DNA of 15,513 nucleotides, from positions 1 through 15,513 of the forward strand of contig JBDKRC010000273.1 of assembly GCA_039683575.1 (NCBI GenBank), written 5' to 3'. Positions 13,306-15,513 of the stretch are shown here, in pieces (within the stretch, counting starts at the first letter, position 1; the number at the start of each line of letters is the position of its first letter). The notes under the pieces are model-generated. The model was not told the DNA's origin. It did not search any database and saw only the letters and a list, made by a program, of their open reading frames with translations. The position numbers were made by a program, and so were the translations under genes. The DNA comes from Armatimonadia bacterium (GTDB taxonomy: Bacteria; Armatimonadota; Zipacnadia; Zipacnadales; UBA11051).

Positions 13306-15513
13306 ATGACGTTCCGGGCCGTGATCGTTGTCTGCCTCATGCCAAGTCTGCTCTTTGCGGGACAAGAGCCGGCTGCCACGCTGGTGGCCGGCACCGGCGT
13401 GACCGGCTATGACGGGGACGGGCGAGCGGCCGTCGCGTCCGCGCTCAATCACCCCCACGGGCTTGCGGTTGGCCCCCGGGGCCAACTGTTCATCTCGGAA
13501 TGGGATGGAGGTCGGATTCGTAGGGTCGCCCCTGACGGCGTGATCGGAACCGTGGCGGGAACCGGGTGGCAGGGCTCTGCCGAAAACGAGGGACTGGCTG
13601 TTGAGGAACCAGTGTGCAACCCGTCCGGTCTTGCTGTGGAGCCGGATGGCGCAGTGCTCGTGGCCGACTACGGCAACAATCGTCTCTGCCGAATCTCAAG
13701 TGATGGCTGGCTCACCACCATCTGCGGGAACGGACGCCCCGGCTATGGCGGTGACGGTGCCCTCGCCACAGGTGCGCAGTTGAACGGTCCCGCCGCAGTT
13801 GCCGTGGACCGTGCCGGAACTGTGTATGTGGCTGACTCAAAGAACCACAGGATTCGTCGGATTGACGCCGACGGCATCATCAGCACGCTCGCAGGAACCG
13901 GCGAAGCGGCCAGCGGTGGGGACGGCGGGCCCGCGCGAGAGGCGCAGATCAATGTGCCCGAAGGACTTGCGCTGGGGCCCGATGGCAGCCTATATGTCAG
14001 TGAGTGGCAGGGGCAGCGGGTGCGGAGGGTCGCCCCGGATGGCGGCATCACCACGGTAATGGGGACGGGCGTGCCGGGGCTGTCTGGGGACGGAGGACCG
14101 GCCGCCAGTGCTCAAGTCGCGGGTCCACGCGGTCTTGCCGTTGACGCTGGGGGCAATGTCTTCATCGCCGACCATTGGAACAACCGCGTCCGGAAGGTCA
14201 GCGCGAACGGCATCGCCAGTACGGTAGTGGGGGAGGGGGATACGAAGCTGGATTGGCCGAGTGGGGTGGCCGTGGATCTCTCCGGCGGTTTGCTGGTCGC
14301 CGACACGTGGCACAGTCGCGTTCTGAGGCTGCAGCGGGTAGCCGCACCCACCGTACCGCCGGCCAATGGTGCCCCAGTAGCGGCGCTGCCAGGGGACACC
14401 GGAACCGTTGTGCAGCCAACGGTTCTCATTTCTGCAGCGCATGACTACCTGGGAGGGCTTGAGGGGCAGATCCACCAAGGCTTGCTGCGCAGACGTGGAG
14501 TGCGTTCCACTCTGGCCCTGGAGGGCCTGGAGGAGGTGTCCCTGGATCCCTATCAGGTGGTCGTATTGTCCGCTCCCGGCCAATACTGGCTGCCATATAC
14601 GGAGGGCGAGCGGCTTCACCTTCGGCAGTATGTTCAGGCGGGTGGTGGCCTGCTCCTGCTGGGTGATGTGTCGAAGTGGGAGCGCGACGTGGCTGACGGC
14701 GCATTCGGTCGAAGGAATCCCTTCACTTTGAACTCGGTTGCCTCTGACTTCGGCTTCCAGTTCACCACGACAATTGGGCCGATCGGCCCCACCTTAGGCC
14801 CGCCGTGGACGAAGCTGCTACTCAGGGCACGAGGTGTGGCTGCTGGCTGCATCTATGCAACTACGTCATTGGAGGTGGCTGCCTACGATGCGTCAGGCAA
14901 TCTGGCGGTAGCCGGAGCCTGCGTTGGTCACGGACGAGTGCTTGCGGTGGATATGTCCGTTGCGAGACTCAGCGAACTCGCAGCGAGTAGCGAGCCAACC
15001 GGCTCCGGCTTTCGCCAAGCCTTGCGATGGTTAGCCGGGGATGTGCCGTCCAACGAGGCGTTTATGGCTCCGGAGCGTATCCTGCCGGGGCGCACATACC
15101 GGCGCGGACGCCTCGAGTTTCTCGGCTGCCGGCTCATTTCCGAAGAAGTCACGCGGCGGAATGTAGAGCTGTTCGAGAGAGCCTACCAACTGCTGCGAGA
15201 CTCGCTGAAGCTCGATCTGCGGGACTCACTGGGTGTGCTGCGGGTCATCTTCGTCCAGACCGACGGCGGATTCACGGGTGGAGATGAGATGCACGTGGGG
15301 ATCAACGAGACTCCTGAACGCTTCCTCGCATATGTGTCTCATGAATTGGGCCACCAATGGGCCGCTCCCGGTGGCATGCCGGGCGGCTTTGATGAGGGGT
15401 GGGCCAACTACTGCTCCTTCGTTGCCGCCGCCAAGACTGAGTTCGCGGAGCAGGCAAAGGCTTCATGGGCGGCCGACCTAAGGGCACTTCACGAGGCGGA
15501 TCCGACCATGAGC
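13306..15513 (+). CDS. 3'-truncated NHL-repeat protein with class I glutamine-amidotransferase-like (GIFT/DUF4350-type) domain and gluzincin (clan MA) zinc peptidase domain
   Basis: Not in the ORF track because there is no stop in the window. By manual translation: RBS GAGGAG at 13293-13298, ATG 13306, 736 open codons to the window end. Starts MTFRAVIVVCLMPSLLFAG. Six NHL units, e.g. LNGPAAVAVDRAGTVYVADSKNHRIRRI and GPRGLAVDAGGNVFIADHWNNRVRKV. Then LDPYQVVVLSAP...YTEGERLHLRQYVQAGGGLLLLGD...LNSVASDFGFQF...GHGRVLAV...ALRWLAG. HELGH at 15340-15354 and EGWANY from 15394. Confidence 0.87.
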   Translation, partial: MTFRAVIVVCLMPSLLFAGQEPAATLVAGTGVTGYDGDGRAAVASALNHPHGLAVGPRGQLFISEWDGGRIRRVAPDGVIGTVAGTGWQGSAENEGLAVEEPVCNPSGLAVEPDGAVLVADYGNNRLCRISSDGWLTTICGNGRPGYGGDGALATGAQLNGPAAVAVDRAGTVYVADSKNHRIRRIDADGIISTLAGTGEAASGGDGGPAREAQINVPEGLALGPDGSLYVSEWQGQRVRRVAPDGGITTVMGTGVPGLSGDGGPAASAQVAGPRGLAVDAGGNVFIADHWNNRVRKVSANGIASTVVGEGDTKLDWPSGVAVDLSGGLLVADTWHSRVLRLQRVAAPTVPPANGAPVAALPGDTGTVVQPTVLISAAHDYLGGLEGQIHQGLLRRRGVRSTLALEGLEEVSLDPYQVVVLSAPGQYWLPYTEGERLHLRQYVQAGGGLLLLGDVSKWERDVADGAFGRRNPFTLNSVASDFGFQFTTTIGPIGPTLGPPWTKLLLRARGVAAGCIYATTSLEVAAYDASGNLAVAGACVGHGRVLAVDMSVARLSELAASSEPTGSGFRQALRWLAGDVPSNEAFMAPERILPGRTYRRGRLEFLGCRLISEEVTRRNVELFERAYQLLRDSLKLDLRDSLGVLRVIFVQTDGGFTGGDEMHVGINETPERFLAYVSHELGHQWAAPGGMPGGFDEGWANYCSFVAAAKTEFAEQAKASWAADLRALHEADPTMS
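13378..14335 (+). repeat. Six tandem NHL repeats (teneurin-like GxG..GDGG.A..A.L..P.G.A.D..G..Y.AD..N.R.R units)
   Basis: Manual translation shows six units of about 56 aa (the last shorter), each with P-x-G-L/V-A-V and A-D/S-E...R-I/V-R. Confidence 0.85.

Noticed and set aside
13378-14335. CRISPR array or DNA tandem repeat
   Set aside because: The periodicity is protein-level NHL repetition with divergent codons. There are no identical DNA repeats with spacers.
195-15487. Many 60-250 aa alternative-frame and minus-strand ORFs (e.g. 2746..3492-, 10856..11584+, 13990..14619-)
   Set aside because: Nearly all lie within or largely overlap the five long genes, are Arg/Pro/Ser/Ala-rich and show no motifs. 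They are typical shadow ORFs of high-GC coding DNA.
1-15513. Polymorphic toxin-immunity, anti-phage defence or diversity-generating retroelement locus
   Set aside because: No small immunity genes between the large ORFs, no RHS/YD repeats, no nuclease/NTPase or reverse transcriptase motifs, and no near-identical template/variable repeat pair were seen.

Overview
GC-rich bacterial DNA, almost fully coding on the + strand. It holds five very large, co-oriented genes for multidomain, probably exported proteins. The first is truncated by the window start. The last is truncated by the window end and is absent from the supplied ORF track. Each protein pairs one peptidase-like catalytic domain with putative glycan-binding modules and/or repeat scaffolds. 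(1) <1..2670: NPCBM + levanase/GH32-associated beta-sandwich + SxxK serine hydrolase + 5-blade propeller. (2) 2834..6340: ankyrins with an inserted propeller + CxxC-less redoxin + the same beta-sandwich + transglutaminase-like Cys-His-Asp domain. (3) ~6585..10307: PQQ-type propeller + FN3 + CARDB + HExxHxxGxxD metzincin + CBM-like domain. (4) 10480..12972: ILEI/GG-lectin + gluzincin. (5) 13306..>15513: six NHL repeats + GATase-like domain + gluzincin. A near-consensus sigma70 promoter precedes gene 5. I saw no RNA genes, CRISPR arrays, transposases or integrases. The main candidate novelty is the array itself: an apparent mix-and-match set of secreted (glyco)peptidases showing module shuffling. 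All domain calls come from motif recognition by eye, not from database searches.
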